Source: Octopus sinensis (Eukaryota). From it: 64,000 nucleotides of DNA. The stretch's first letter is position 1, and the number at the start of each line of letters is the position of its first letter. The stretch is taken from assembly GCF_006345805.1 (NCBI RefSeq), contig NC_043003.1:107012001-107076000 (forward strand), read 5' to 3'. The notes beneath the pieces are model-generated. The model saw only the letters and a list, made by a program, of their open reading frames with translations, did no database searches and had not been told where the DNA came from. The position numbers were made by a program, and so were the translations under genes. Below, piece after piece: positions 37,470 through 49,560 of the stretch.

Positions 37470-37760
37470 GTAGAAGTCGCTGGAGAACACAGTTGAGATT
37501 GGTTGAAGAAAGGAAAGCCGAAAAAAAAAAAGGCTGAGAGCCTTATACTGGCAGCGCAAGACCAAGCTTTGACCACAGATTGGAAGATCAACCTTAGTAA
37601 ATGAGCGAGTGCTTCCACTGTGTCGAATCTGTAACAGAGTTGACGAAACCATTGCCCATATCATGAACGAATGCCTATGACTTGCCCAAAACCAATATAA
37701 GCTGTCGTGATACAATGACGTAGCGAAAGTGTTACATTGGAAATTGCTAAAAGTGGGGTT
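37470..37760 (+). pseudogene. R4/Dong-like LINE fragment (CCHC region)
   Basis: WLKKGK..ESLILAAQDQALTT..PLCRICNRVDETIAHIMNEC..VAKVLHWKL, with frameshifts. Confidence 0.78.
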
Positions 37761-37764
37761 AGTG

Positions 37765-37978
37765 CAGTGCTTTTCAAACTTTTTGCAGGAGCGGAACCCC
37801 AAGGAAACATTCCACTGGCTCGAGGAACCCCTGTGCAATAATTTAATAGTCTTATGCACGCATATCTGCACAGGAGACTTAAAGATTACTGCCGATTTTA
37901 GAAGTTTTGTAACTTCTTGCGGAACTCCTGCACTGTACTGGCAGAACCCTAAGGTTCCACGGAACCCTGGTTGAACAC
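37765..37978. mobile_element. hAT (Charlie/MER5-like) MITE
   Basis: Starts CAGTGCTTTTCAAAC; ends GGAACCCTGGTTGAA (right TIR eroded); repeated GGAACCC subterminal motifs. Confidence 0.6.
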
Positions 37979-38189
37979 AAATCGCAGAGGCTGCGGTGTC
38001 TTTTCGTCCGGCATCTTTTGTCTGTTGATTTTTTTTTTGTCCAACGACTTTTTGTCTAATTTTAAATAAAATCTTTAGAAAACAAGGTGATATATCTCTA
38101 ACGACATATTCACAGAACTATAACGAGCCTCGTTATAGGATTGTTATTATCATTTTCTTTTCCTTCTCTCTTAGCAGTTTTACTTCTTC

Positions 38190-38493
38190 TTTTTCGTACA
38201 ATGTTCCAAAGCCTTGTGAGTGGATTTGGTAGATGGAAACTGAAAGAAGCCCGTCGTATATATGTATATATATATATAAATGCATGTGTGTGTTTGTGTA
38301 TCTGTGTTTGTCCCCCTAGCATTGCTTGACAACCGATGCTGGTGTGTTTATGTCCCCGTTATTTAGCGGTTCGGCAAAAGAGACCGATAGAATAAGTACT
38401 GGGCTTACAAAAGAATAAGTCCCGGGGTCGAGTTGCTCGATTAAAGGCAGTGCTCCAGCATGGCCGCAGTCAAATGACTGAAACAAGTAAAAG
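38190..38493 (+). mobile_element. SINE family A, 5'-truncated
   Basis: Starts at CCAAAGCCTTGTGAG; full tail. Confidence 0.88.
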
Positions 38494-38821
38494 AAAAGAA
38501 AAAGAATATAGTATCGACCAAAAACAAAAGAAAAGTAGTCGATGAAAGTAATTACATCTATGATCTTCACTCAAGCAATACAAAACTAGGAAAAGAATAC
38601 TGGAGATGTGAGACAAAACTGCTGTGTTCATTTTTCTAGTGAGGACCTTCACCCAGTTGATGCAGATTCTTTAAATGCTAGAAAAGCAGTTGCAGAAATA
38701 AAGCACGAAGAGGGGGAAAACATAGCAGCAAGTTCGGGTAGCATAATAGCAGCTAAGTTTACGCAGCCAACAGAAAATACTTGCTCACAACTTCCTCGTT
38801 TGTCTGTACTTTCAAGGACTC

Positions 38822-39036
38822 TCTTTCTTTACTTGTTTCAGTCATTTGACTGCGGCCATGCTGGAGCACCGCCTTTAGTCGAACAAATCGACCCCGGGAC
38901 TTATTCTTTGTAAGCCCAGTCCTTATTCTATCGGTCTCTTTTGCCGAACTGCTAAGTGACGGGGACGTAAACACACCAGCATCGGTTGTCAAACAATGCT
39001 AGGTGGACAAACACAGACACACAAACACACATATAC

Positions 39037-39067
<31 letters not shown>

Positions 39068-39122
39068 ATATACGACGGGCTTCTTTCAGTTTCCGTCTAC
39101 CAAATCCACTCACAAGGCATTG
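38822..39122 (-). mobile_element. SINE family A 3' part; rearranged remainder at 39236-39364
   Basis: Reverse complement family A; head present at 39275-39364 after an intervening copied flank. Confidence 0.85.
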
Positions 39123-39364
39123 GAACATTGTACGAAAAAGAAGTAAAACTGCTAAGAGAGAAGGAAAAAAAAATGATAATAACAATCCTATAACGAGGCT
39201 CATTATAGTTCTGTGAATATGTTGTTAGTTCTGTGAATAAGCCCAGTGCTTATTCTATCGGTCTCTAGCAGAAGACCCTTGCCCAAGGTGCCACGCAGTG
39301 GGACTGAACCCGGAACCATGTGGTTGGTAAGCAAGCTACTTACCACACAGCCACTCCTGCACCT

Positions 39365-39712
39365 ATTCAAAGGTGCCGACAAAAAACATTCTGGATGTCC
39401 CGCTAATCCAGGGGCTAGAATTGGTTTTGAAATACCCGAAAAATATTGTTACACACGTGGACATGCCTACAAAGTCAGAAAACAACACAGCTCCCATGAC
39501 TTTCGGAAACATTTCTTCACGCTCAGAGTTGCTGAAGCATGGAATAAACTGCCTGCGTCAGTTGTTGACTGCCATGACACTGCATCCTTTAAGGCCCTCA
39601 TGCTTTCCGAAATCCGTCGAAACTACACCTGATTATATATACACTTTAGATGAGTTGTAGTGCACCTGAGCACTGTACACAATGTTTATTATTATTATTA
39701 TTATTATTATTG
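39365..39712 (+). mobile_element. CR1-like LINE 3' fragment
   Basis: TRGHAYKVRKQH..FRKHFFTLRVAEAWNKLP..; same terminal hairpin and (ATT)n tail as 35380-35680. Confidence 0.82.
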
Positions 39713-40146
39713 ATAATGATGAACAGTTTCTGAGATACGATTCGAGTATCGAGGATCAACAGCGCATACAAGTATTTGCATCAGAAAGTGCTCTTCAGGA
39801 TATAACCTCATATCATCATTGGACATGTGATGGAATGTCCAAAACTGTGCCAGTACAGTGGTTTCAACTGTTTAGCATTCATGTACAAGTTAAAGGTAGC
39901 AATTTTCCACGAATCTTTGAATTTCTGCTGAATAAAACAAAGCAGGTATATGAATTATTTTTCGAGCAATTGAAAATTATGCAACCTAATTCATATCCGC
40001 TTGATCTCATGACAGATTTCGAAGTCGCACATTCATAAGGCATTTCATTCATTATTCCCTAATTTATCGATTGTGGCATGTTTGTTTCATTTGAGCCAAT
40101 CAGTATTTCGAAAAATTACAGATTTTGGCCTCAAAGAAAAATACAA

Positions 40147-40481
40147 TGTTGTTATCGTGCAATGCCTGTGCAAGAAGATTTTTTTTAAAGTGAGGAAAGG
40201 CTGTGCACTGAGTCAATCCCACTCACTAAGCAACAGCAGTCATAATCCGAAAAGAAGAACAAGTCAAAATCATCGGTAACCACTGAGCTGCAGGTTTTAT
40301 GCCGGAGTTATCCCAGTTACCTGAGTTACCTTCTCCTAGAGGGATGCCCTGACAAAGGCTAGGAGTCCTTCACTCCCAATGGTTTAACCGCACGATCGGA
40401 TATTCAGTCCGATTATTTCTATGTCCCAGCGCATGATACAGCCTTAAGACATTTATTGGATGGCCGTTGACTGGATTCTAT
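40147..40481 (-). mobile_element. unclassified interspersed repeat inserted in the MULE
   Basis: Reverse complement of about 41303-41633; MULE reading resumes on both sides. Strand is given only relative to the other copy. Confidence 0.75.
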
Positions 40482-41026
40482 CTTAAAATTCGATGTTCTT
40501 CAGGATTAACCTTCCTACCCGGCGAAGATATCGAATAGGTCTAAGAAGACTTAATAAACGATGAAGAAATACCTGATGAATTCATCGCTTACTTTGACTT
40601 GACTTGAATAGGCATTGTGAGAGGATGTGGTGCAAGACGAAAGAGAGAACTACCTGCATTTCCGATAGTTGTATGGAATGTTAAGATCATCCCAGAACAA
40701 ATAATGCTGCGGAAAGGGTTTCATTCTGCGATAAAGCGTTCGGTGGGTGGAACATGTTTAAATATTTGGAAATTAATCAAAACTCTGAAGGAAGAGAAAG
40801 GGTTCGTTCAAGGTAAAATGACCTAAATTCTTCGAGGAGATCCGTCAAATTCATGTACACAATATCGAAGAATAACTGAACGCCTCAAAAGATTGATCAT
40901 TGAATATGAGTCAACAAGAAAAATTGATTTTTTGAAGAGTGTGGCACATAATTTGCATCAATTTTAAGTGATCATAATAAATCATTAATTATATCTTATT
41001 ACTTTTTTTAAATGACTTTGGAGTGC

Positions 41027-41115
41027 TCAGCCACTTGCATGCTAATTTCACGAGCAGGCTGTTCCGTTGATCAGATCAATAGGAACCCTCGTCTTCGTAA
41101 CCGATGGAGTACCAT
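41027..41115 (+). mobile_element. SINE family B 3' fragment
   Basis: GGAGTGCTCAGCCACTTG..CGTAACCGATGGAG. Confidence 0.75.
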
Positions 41116-41149
41116 GATGTACGTATGTACGTATGTATGTATGTATCTA

Positions 41150-41633
41150 CTGGTAACATGTAACCCAGTACAACCTGTTGCATCGTCGGGTCGTTGGCGA
41201 CTAAACCGGCAACCCCACCAAGCTTGCTTGGTGAGGAGGGTGTTTATTGGACACCGTGCGGGATGACAAACGAAACCCGTCAAAGGGCGGAGGAACTCTT
41301 GAGAGTCAACGGCCATCCAATAAATGTTTTAAGGCTGTATCATGCGCGTGGACATAGAAATAATCGGACTGAATACCCGATCGCGCGGTTAAACCATTGG
41401 GAGTGAAGGAACCTAGCCTTTGTTAGGGCATCCTTTTAGGAGAAGTTAACTCAGGTAACTGGGATAACTCTGACATAAAACCTGCGGCTCAGTGGTTACC
41501 GATGATGTTGACTTGTTCTTCTTTTCAGATTATGACTGCTGTTGCTTAGTGAGTGGGATTGACTCAGTGCACAGCCTTTCCTCACTTTAAAAAAAATCTT
41601 CTTGCACAGGCATTGCACGATAACAACATTGAT
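41150..41633 (+). mobile_element. longer copy of the unclassified repeat
   Basis: Homologous to 40147-40481 and extends ~150 bp further with GC-richer sequence. Confidence 0.7.
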
Positions 41634-42033
41634 TAAGCTTCGTGCAATGGCCATACTCGATAATGATGGGGCAGCCACCATGTATGTATGTATGTATGTA
41701 TGTATGTACAGAATATGCCATACGCCAGACAGCATTTAACATAATATTCATTTTTAAAATTGTCTTACCGAAAATACAACTTTTTTTTTCTTCTTTTGGT
41801 CTGTACAAATGCTGTTTGAATAATGCTAAATTCTTATCTGAACACAGACAACAAACGTGCTTTATGAAAACAGTTGCATTGTTTGTTTATAGGTCACTTA
41901 ATTGACACAAATGATTTTGTAGTTTTTTTCTTCAATATTTTAGATGTGTTTGTTTTATGATGTTTAACTGAATGATGGATAAATCCTACTACCTCGCTTT
42001 GTTTTATAGGACACCTGGTAGAACATAACAGTT

Positions 42034-42112
<79 letters not shown>

Positions 42113-42434
42113 TAGATAGATAGATAGATAGACGAAGACAGGCAGACAGATAAAGAGACCGAGAGAGATGGAGAGAGAAAGAGAGATGTAAAACATAAGA
42201 AATGGAAATGCATTATCAATAATTTATTTCGCTTACACGCGTTTCGAATAGCCTAATATAGCCCAAATTTTACATATTGCGATATGTATATTTAACAGAC
42301 CCTTCGTTTGACCGACTAAAAGGCCATTGGAAAATGGAATTATGTGCCATTCTGTTCTTTTCAAAGACAATGTAATTGGCATTGTTCGATTTCCACAGAG
42401 TGCTGGATTTATTTGGTCCCAATTTTCCTTCATA

Positions 42435-43390
42435 CGAGGGGCGTTCAATAAGTAATGCCTCTGACTCACTTGCCCTTGATTGATCTAACTGAGATTTTGC
42501 ATGTGTTATTATTTATATCTCTATAGATTAAGTGGCAAATTACAGCTCCGAACTAATAGTGGTTTCTGATTTACATGTGTTTGAAATGAGTCAAGTGGGA
42601 AATGGAGCCTGTTGAGTGTCGAGAAGTGATCCAGTTTTTGTATTTGAAATGACGCACACCACAGGAGACTTTTGATGAAATGAAAATAACTTATGGTGAT
42701 GATGCCCCATCATATGACCTTGTAAAACGCTGGCATCGTGAATTCAAACATGGTCGGAACTCTGTGGAAACAGTTCCCAGATCTGGTCGCACCCCTTCTG
42801 CCATTGATGAGGCATCTGTCCGTCAAGTTGAGGCTGCCATTTTGGAAGATGGACGCATAACTATTCGCCAAATAGCCCATGAGGTCAACATTAGTACCGG
42901 GTCTGTGGAAACTATCATTCATGACCATTTGCATATGCAAAAGGTGTCTGCCAGATGGATTCCCAGGTTGCTCACACTTTTCCTGAAGCAAGAACGCATC
43001 GAGTGCTCGAGGATGAATTTAGGGATGTGCCAAGAAGATGAGTCAAAATTTTTCAAAAGACTGATTACACACGATGAGACCTGGGTCCTTCACTATGATC
43101 CAGAGACCAAAGCCCAGTCAATGCAGTAGAAGCACCATGACTCACCTCCTCCAAAGAAGGCAAGGGTGCAGCCCTCCGCTGGCAAGGTCATGCTCACAGT
43201 CTTCTGGGACCAGGACGGAGTAGTGATGACAGATTTCCTGGCAAAGGGTACCACAATTACAGGAGCCTATCATGCTTCACTTTTGAGGAAATTAAGAGAA
43301 GCTATCAAAACCAAGAGGCGGGGCAAGATCAGCAAAGGCATCCTCCTCCTGCAGGACAACGCTCCAGTCCACAACTCGCGTGTCGCTAGA
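42435..43390 (+). pseudogene. mariner element, 3'-truncated transposase pseudogene
   Basis: TA + TIR CGAGGGGCGTTCAATAAGTAATG; ATG at 42602; RSGRTP, WIPRLL, ITHDETW (first D), QDNAPVH (second D); two in-frame stops; third D missing. Confidence 0.9.
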
Positions 43391-44688
43391 TTTTGGGATC
43401 AATCCAACACCAGACAAGGATTCTGGATTATTTTTCCTGTTTTTATTTTTTTTTTACTTAATTTTTGAGAGCGGTCGAGTTCATTTTTAGTATTCTCGTT
43501 TGTGAGAGCAGATATTCTCATTTAAAAAATCATCTCCAGCTAATTGTTGAGAGAACGTTGCTGTTGCCATGGCAGAGGTTTGCGCTCTCTGAGTGATCTT
43601 GTTATTATTACTTTTGGTTGTTCGTGCCTCGACACATGTTGCACATGGCTCCCGTAAGTTTAGTTTTATTTTCCTCGTTAAGGACTATTATTTGTTGTTT
43701 TTTAGCAGATTGTGTGTCCGTTGTGGGGGAAGACCAAAGGAGTCTGAAGAGGAACGTTTGTTGTCTGCTCTAAGGGGCGACATTTCAAAAGGTAAGTTTT
43801 CCTTTCGAAAATTTCTTTTTCAAATAGTGGAGCTCTTGTCGCCAAATAGCAAAAGAGAGTGGTGGTCGCAGGTGAGAATCATCAGCCTCTAAGTCACAAA
43901 AGATAGACGGTGATAGCAACAACAACAACAGTAGCAGAGTAGAGTATGAAAGTAACTTTCCATCACCACCATCACCATCACAGCAGGGGGAAAGGCAGAG
44001 ACCAACAGTACCTGTGGGAACGTTCTTGCCTCCGCCACCATCAGCACCAGTGGCAGCAGCAAACCAGGAACCACCGACAGAATTATTAAAGGAAAATAAA
44101 TGAACGAAAAAGACATAAGTTTCAAACCCAGGAGTACGGGGTTCGCATCAGCTACAAAAGAAACGTGAGGAGATTTTTCTGCATAAAGACAAGTTTAGAG
44201 GTGCCAGAAATATGTTACGAAGGATTTTTGCACTTTGACCGGCAGATTTTTAAAATAATTTCTTTGTAACTAAACACTTATAAACTTCATATACTGGTAG
44301 AATGTGTTACATAAAACATCTTTTTCTCTTAGCTTTCTTGAGAAAATTCTGTAGTTTGTAAGCTATTTGTTGTTTAATTTCTTGCATTTCGGCAATTTCA
44401 ACCAATCAATGATGTCTATTGAGGTGAATACAATTTCTGCTGTAGTTTGTCAACAACTATTTCCTGCGGTGTATTTTCTTAAGAGCCTTTTAGTTCATGT
44501 TCTTCTATGAAAGTTTGTGAATGGTTCACACACTTTCATACAAGAACATGGACTAAAAATACAAGATCATAATAATTTCAATGTCATGATTAGCAAAACA
44601 TGAAACCGGTCGACTACCACAATATTCTATCACTTGAAATATATTAAAACTATATAAACTGTTCACATTTTCCTTCTTTTATTATGTA

Positions 44689-45214
44689 CGAGGGTGAGTC
44701 AAAAAGTAATGCCATTTTGTTTAGGACAGGTATAATTACCAACACATGAGCATGTATCATACATCAAAGTGAAGCTGGTCCTTTGTGGATCACATCCCTG
44801 CTTCTCAACATTGTCACCGTTTCTCTCCATAGCAATGTTCTACCTTTGAATGAGAGCATGTATCCCTGCCCTGTAAAATTCTGTTGACTGTTCTTTGAGC
44901 CACTTCTTCACTACAGTTTTCACTTCCCTGTCACTGGAATAATTTAGTGCCTTCAGACTATCATCTCTTTGGATCCATGGAAGAGGGTTTGAGAGGCAAA
45001 CATTATTCCAGTGACTGAAGTGAAGAAGTGGCTCAAACAACAGTCAACAGAATTGTACAGGGCAGGAATACATGCTCTCATTCAAAGGTGGAACATTGCT
45101 ATTGAGAGAAACGGTGACTATGTTGAGAAGTAGGGATGTGATCCACAGAAGACCAGCTTCATTTTGATGTATGTTCCTGTGTTGGTAATTATACCTGTCC
45201 TAAACAAAATGGCA
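44689..45214. mobile_element. palindromic mariner MITE made of two 3' ends
   Basis: TA + TIR CGAGGGTGAGTCAAAAAGTAATGCC; both arms encode the transposase tail (PSDYHLFGSM..HYSSD..KKWLK..GIHALIQRW..GDYVEK*) on opposite strands; right TIR tip eroded by (CA)n. Confidence 0.85.
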
Positions 45215-45257
45215 CACACACACACACACACACACAGATATATATATATATATATAT

Positions 45258-45415
45258 ATATACAACAGGTTTCTTTCAGTTTCCATCTACCAAATCCACT
45301 TACAAGGCTTTGGTCGGCCTGAGGCTATAGCAGAAGATACTTGCCCAAGATGCCACGCAGTGGGACTGAACCCGGAACCATGTGGTTGGTAAGCAAGCTA
45401 CTTACCACACAGCCA
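45258..45415 (-). mobile_element. SINE family A 5' half
   Basis: Head and first body block only. Confidence 0.82.
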
Positions 45416-45600
45416 TATGTGTGTGTGTCTGTAGTACATTATAACCGAAAGGCTGCAATTCCTAGCGCCACTCATCAGCTGGTTAAGCAAGACTAATACC
45501 AATCTCCATTGACGAATATTTTTTGAAATATAAAATGAAATTTTGAAGGAAATTCTTAGCTTAATTTTTTTTTCCTTTGTGAACAATATGTGTGAAAAAA

Positions 45601-46035
45601 ACTCTACTCTCTTTACTCTTTCACTTGTTTCAGTCATTTGACTGCAGCCATGCTGGAGCACCACCTTTAATCGAGCAACTTGACCCCGGGACTTATTCTT
45701 TTGTAAGCCCAGTACTTATTCTATCGGTCTCTTTTGCCGAACCGCTAAGTGATGGGGATGTAAACACACCAGCATCGGTTTTCAAGCAATACTAGGGGAA
45801 CAAACACAGACACACAAACACGCATATATATATATATATTATATATATATGTATATATATATATATATATACATATATACGATGGGCTTCTTTCAGTTTC
45901 CGTCTACCAAATCCACTCACAAGGTTTTGGTCAGCCCGAGGCTATAGTAGAAGACACTTGCCCAAGGTGCCACACAGTGGGACTGAACCCGGAACCATAT
46001 GGTTGGTAAACAAGCTACTTACCACACAGCCACTC
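45601..46035 (-). mobile_element. SINE family A, full length
   Basis: Reverse complement family A. Confidence 0.9.
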
Positions 46036-46134
46036 TTAGCTCACATTTTTTAAATTTCATTTCTGGTTCCCATGGTAATATTATCATAAACATCACAAAC
46101 ACCAAACAAGCCATAAATTTTTATTCTGTTATTT

Positions 46135-46308
46135 TTTTTCAGTCATTTGATTGTGGCCATGCTGGAGCACCACCTTTAGTTGAACAAATTGACCTCAGGA
46201 CTTATTCTTTGTAAACCTAGTACTTATTCCATCAATCTCTTTTGCTGAACCACTATGTTACACAGATGTAAACATGCCAACAACAGTTGTCAAGCAATTG
46301 TGGAAGGA

Positions 46309-46344
<36 letters not shown>

Positions 46345-46345
46345 T
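46135..46345 (-). mobile_element. SINE family A 3' half, diverged
   Basis: Tail and distal body only. Confidence 0.75.
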
Positions 46346-46364
46346 ATATAGATATACAAGACTG

Positions 46365-46560
46365 GTCCCCATGCCAGTGGCACTGTAAAAGCACCCACTA
46401 CACTCTCGGAGTGGTTGGCATTAGGAAGGGCATCCAGCTGTAGAAACTCTGCCAGATCAGATTGGTGCCTGGTGCAGCCATCTGGTTCGCCAGACCTCAG
46501 TCAAAATCGTCCAACCCATGCTAGCATGGAAAGCAGACATTAAACGATGATGATGATGAT
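46365..46560 (+). mobile_element. RTE LINE 3' tip
   Basis: AAAAGCACCCACTACACTC..CCCATGCTAGCATGG..(GAT)n. Confidence 0.82.
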
Positions 46561-46647
46561 ACGACAGGCTTCTTTCAGTTTCCGTCTACCAAATCCACTC
46601 ACAAGGCTTTGGTCAGCCTGGGGCTATAGCAGAAGACACTTGCCCTA

Positions 46648-47059
46648 TACTCTCTTTTACTTGTTTCAGTCATTTGACTGCGGCCATGCTGGACCACCGC
46701 CTTTAGTCGAGCAAATCGACCCCAGGACTTATTCTTTGTAAGCCCAGTACTTATTCTATCGGTCTCTTTTGCCGAACCGCTAAGTTACGGGGACGTAAAC
46801 ACACAAGCATCAGTTGTCAAGCAATGCTAGGGGGACAAACACATACACACAAACATACACACACACATATATATATATATATACATACATATATACGACG
46901 GGCTTCTTTCAGTTTCTGTCTACCAAATCCACTCACAAGGCTTTGGTCAGCCTGAGGCTATAGTAGAAGACACTTGCCCAAGATGCCATGCAGTGGGACT
47001 GAACCCCGAACCATGTGGTTGCTAAGCAAGCTACTTACCACACAGCAACTCCTGCGCCT
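46648..47059 (-). mobile_element. SINE family A, full length (another fragment at 46560-46645)
   Basis: Reverse complement family A. Confidence 0.9.
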
Positions 47060-47399
47060 ATGTAATATTTTTAATTAATGTTTTTAAAACCAATGAGAGT
47101 TCATTAAAGAATACATTACATTTGTATGGTGTCCTGTAATTGATATGCCTCTGGTGAATCTTCCATCGAAGATGACGTATGAGTGTTCCGTTTTTTTTGC
47201 CGAATGACCTACAAAAATGCTTTGTTTATAGTGATCAAATGTTCGTTCCACACATTAGCTTGCTCTCTCCATCAAACTGACATTACCTGAACAGGTGCAC
47301 ACAGGTGTGTCATGCATCAAGTGTCAAAGTGAACACAGAACAACGTGAGATGGAGTGTTTTGCTTAAGAACACAATGCACCGCCCAGTCTAGGAATTGA

Positions 47400-47733
47400 A
47401 CCCAGGACTTATTCTTTGTAAGCCCAGTACTTATTTTAGGTTGTTTTTTTTTGCTGAACCACTATGTTACGGGGACATAAACACACCAACATCAGCTATC
47501 AAGTAATGGTGGAGGGGGGGACAAATACAGCCACACAAATACATATATACATACATACATGTATACATATACACAATCTCCCTCACACACACACACACAC
47601 ACATATACGGACAACAGGCTTCTTTCAGCCTGAGGCTATAGCAGAAGACACTTGCCCAAGGTGCCACACAGTGGGACTGAACCTGGACCCATGTGGTTGC
47701 GAAGCAAACTTCTTACCACAAGCCACTCCTGCA

Positions 47734-47736
<3 letters not shown>
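47400..47736 (-). mobile_element. SINE family A, diverged and deleted
   Basis: Head ends GCACCT at 47736. Confidence 0.78.
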
Positions 47737-47772
<36 letters not shown>

Positions 47773-47775
<3 letters not shown>

Positions 47776-48186
47776 AGTGGCTGTGTGGTAAGTAGCTTGT
47801 TTACCAACCACATGATTCCGGGTTCAGTCCCATTGCGTGACACCTTGGGCAAGTGTCTTCTACAATAGCCTCGGGCCGACCAAAGCCTTGTGAGTGGATT
47901 TGGTAGACGGAAACTGAAAGAAGCCCGTCGTATATATGTATATATGTATATATATAAGTGTATGTATATATGTTTGTGTGTCTGTGTTTGTCCCCCTAGC
48001 ATTGCTTGACAACCGATGCTGGTGTGTTTACGTTCCCGTCACTTAGTGGTTCGGCAAAAGAGACCGACAGAATAAGTACTGGGCTTACAAAAGAATAAGT
48101 CCGGGGGTCGAGTTGCTCGATTAAAAAGGCGGTGCTCCAGCATGGCCGCAGTCAAATGACTGAAACAAGTAAAAGAGTAAAGAGTA
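47773..48186 (+). mobile_element. SINE family A, full length
   Basis: Head-to-head with the previous copy across (TA)n. Confidence 0.9.
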
Positions 48187-48197
48187 TAAACATATAA

Positions 48198-48199
<2 letters not shown>

Positions 48200-48276
<77 letters not shown>

Positions 48277-49050
48277 AACAGATAGACAGACAGACACACT
48301 GTCACACAGACAGACAGACAGACAGATAGATAGATAGATAGATAGATAGGTAAAGTAGTATATTGAGAGCATAGTTTATGAATACTGTCATCTTTTAGTA
48401 ATAGAACACATACATAGGTACATAGGTACATAGGTACATAGGTACATACACATTGTTATGCAACAGAGCTCACGAGAAGGCTGAAGTAAAAGCAGAACGT
48501 GCGAACACTGCGAAAGTATGTTGGTAAACAGAATGGACTTTAAAAGAGAAACAAGGAATAAGTAAATAAAAGAGAGTAAATAAAAGAGATAAATAAATAT
48601 AGAAATGAATGAATAAGTAAATAAGGAAAAAAAGAAAGAAAGAAAGAGAGTAAATGAAAAGAAGTGAAAAGTATCTGAAAAATGTAAAAGCCTTGCCTTC
48701 ATATCATGGCTTGTGTCAAATCGATATGGAAGAAAATAAGATGGAACATTGGAAATATGGGAAACTTAAAGAGTAAATAGAGTGAAAACAACAAAGGAAG
48801 AATTGCGCAAGATACAGGAATTAGATAAAGTAGGGGCAATTTACTGTGTGTGTGTCTCATGAATGTAACATGGTGATCTGATGTTGTTGGAAACAGACGC
48901 ATGCATGCATGCATGCATGGACGTGTGTGTGTGTGTGTGTGTGTGTGTTGTGTGTGTGTGTGTCCAGATATATACATGCATACATATAAATATACTTATA
49001 TGTATGCATGTATATATGTATGCTTATATATTTATGCATCTACATATATG

Positions 49051-49137
<87 letters not shown>

Positions 49138-49238
49138 AGTATATATGTATGTATGTATAGTTTACAAATGATGTATGTATATGATTATGTACATACATAT
49201 ATGTATATATATGTGTGTGAGTATGTATGCGTATATAT

Positions 49239-49285
<47 letters not shown>

Positions 49286-49335
49286 TACATGCATACATAC
49301 ACACACATATACACACACTCTTATATGCATAGATA
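48200..49335. repeat. microsatellite-rich tract (TA, GA, GACA, GATA, TG)
   Basis: Seen directly, with short AT-rich spacers. Confidence 0.85.
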
Positions 49336-49337
49336 GA

Positions 49338-49560
49338 TAGTTAGTTAGTTAGTTAATTTGGCTCAAAAGCAAATAGCAAGGCCATGTAGGGGGACATGGA
49401 GTTAAGTACAGGGTGGTGTTCATGTAAAGAGTTCAGGCCACTTGAGGTCAAGGGAGGCTTTGAACAAAGCGGTCGTCGGCATCTTCACCATCTCGTCTGG
49501 CAGCTTGTTCCACGGATCCGCAACCCGGACGGAGACAGCTCCTCTCCTTCGATTGAGATG
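49338..49560 (-). mobile_element. CR1-like LINE 3' end, second family
   Basis: RRGAVSVRVADPWNKLPDEMVKMPTTALFKASLD..; (AACT)n tail. Confidence 0.7.

Larger units (their letters stand above)
38500..40970 (+). pseudogene. MULE (Mutator-like) transposase fossil with FLYWCH-like N-terminus, multiply interrupted
   Basis: KNKRKVVDESNYIYDLHSS..KEYWRCE (38505-38620), LPRLSVLSRT, then HWTCDGMSKTVP..FQLFSIH..MTDFEVA..ACLFHLSQSV (39712-40146), then PRTNNAAE-GFHSAI..NIWKLIKTLKEE (40482-40960). Confidence 0.82.
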
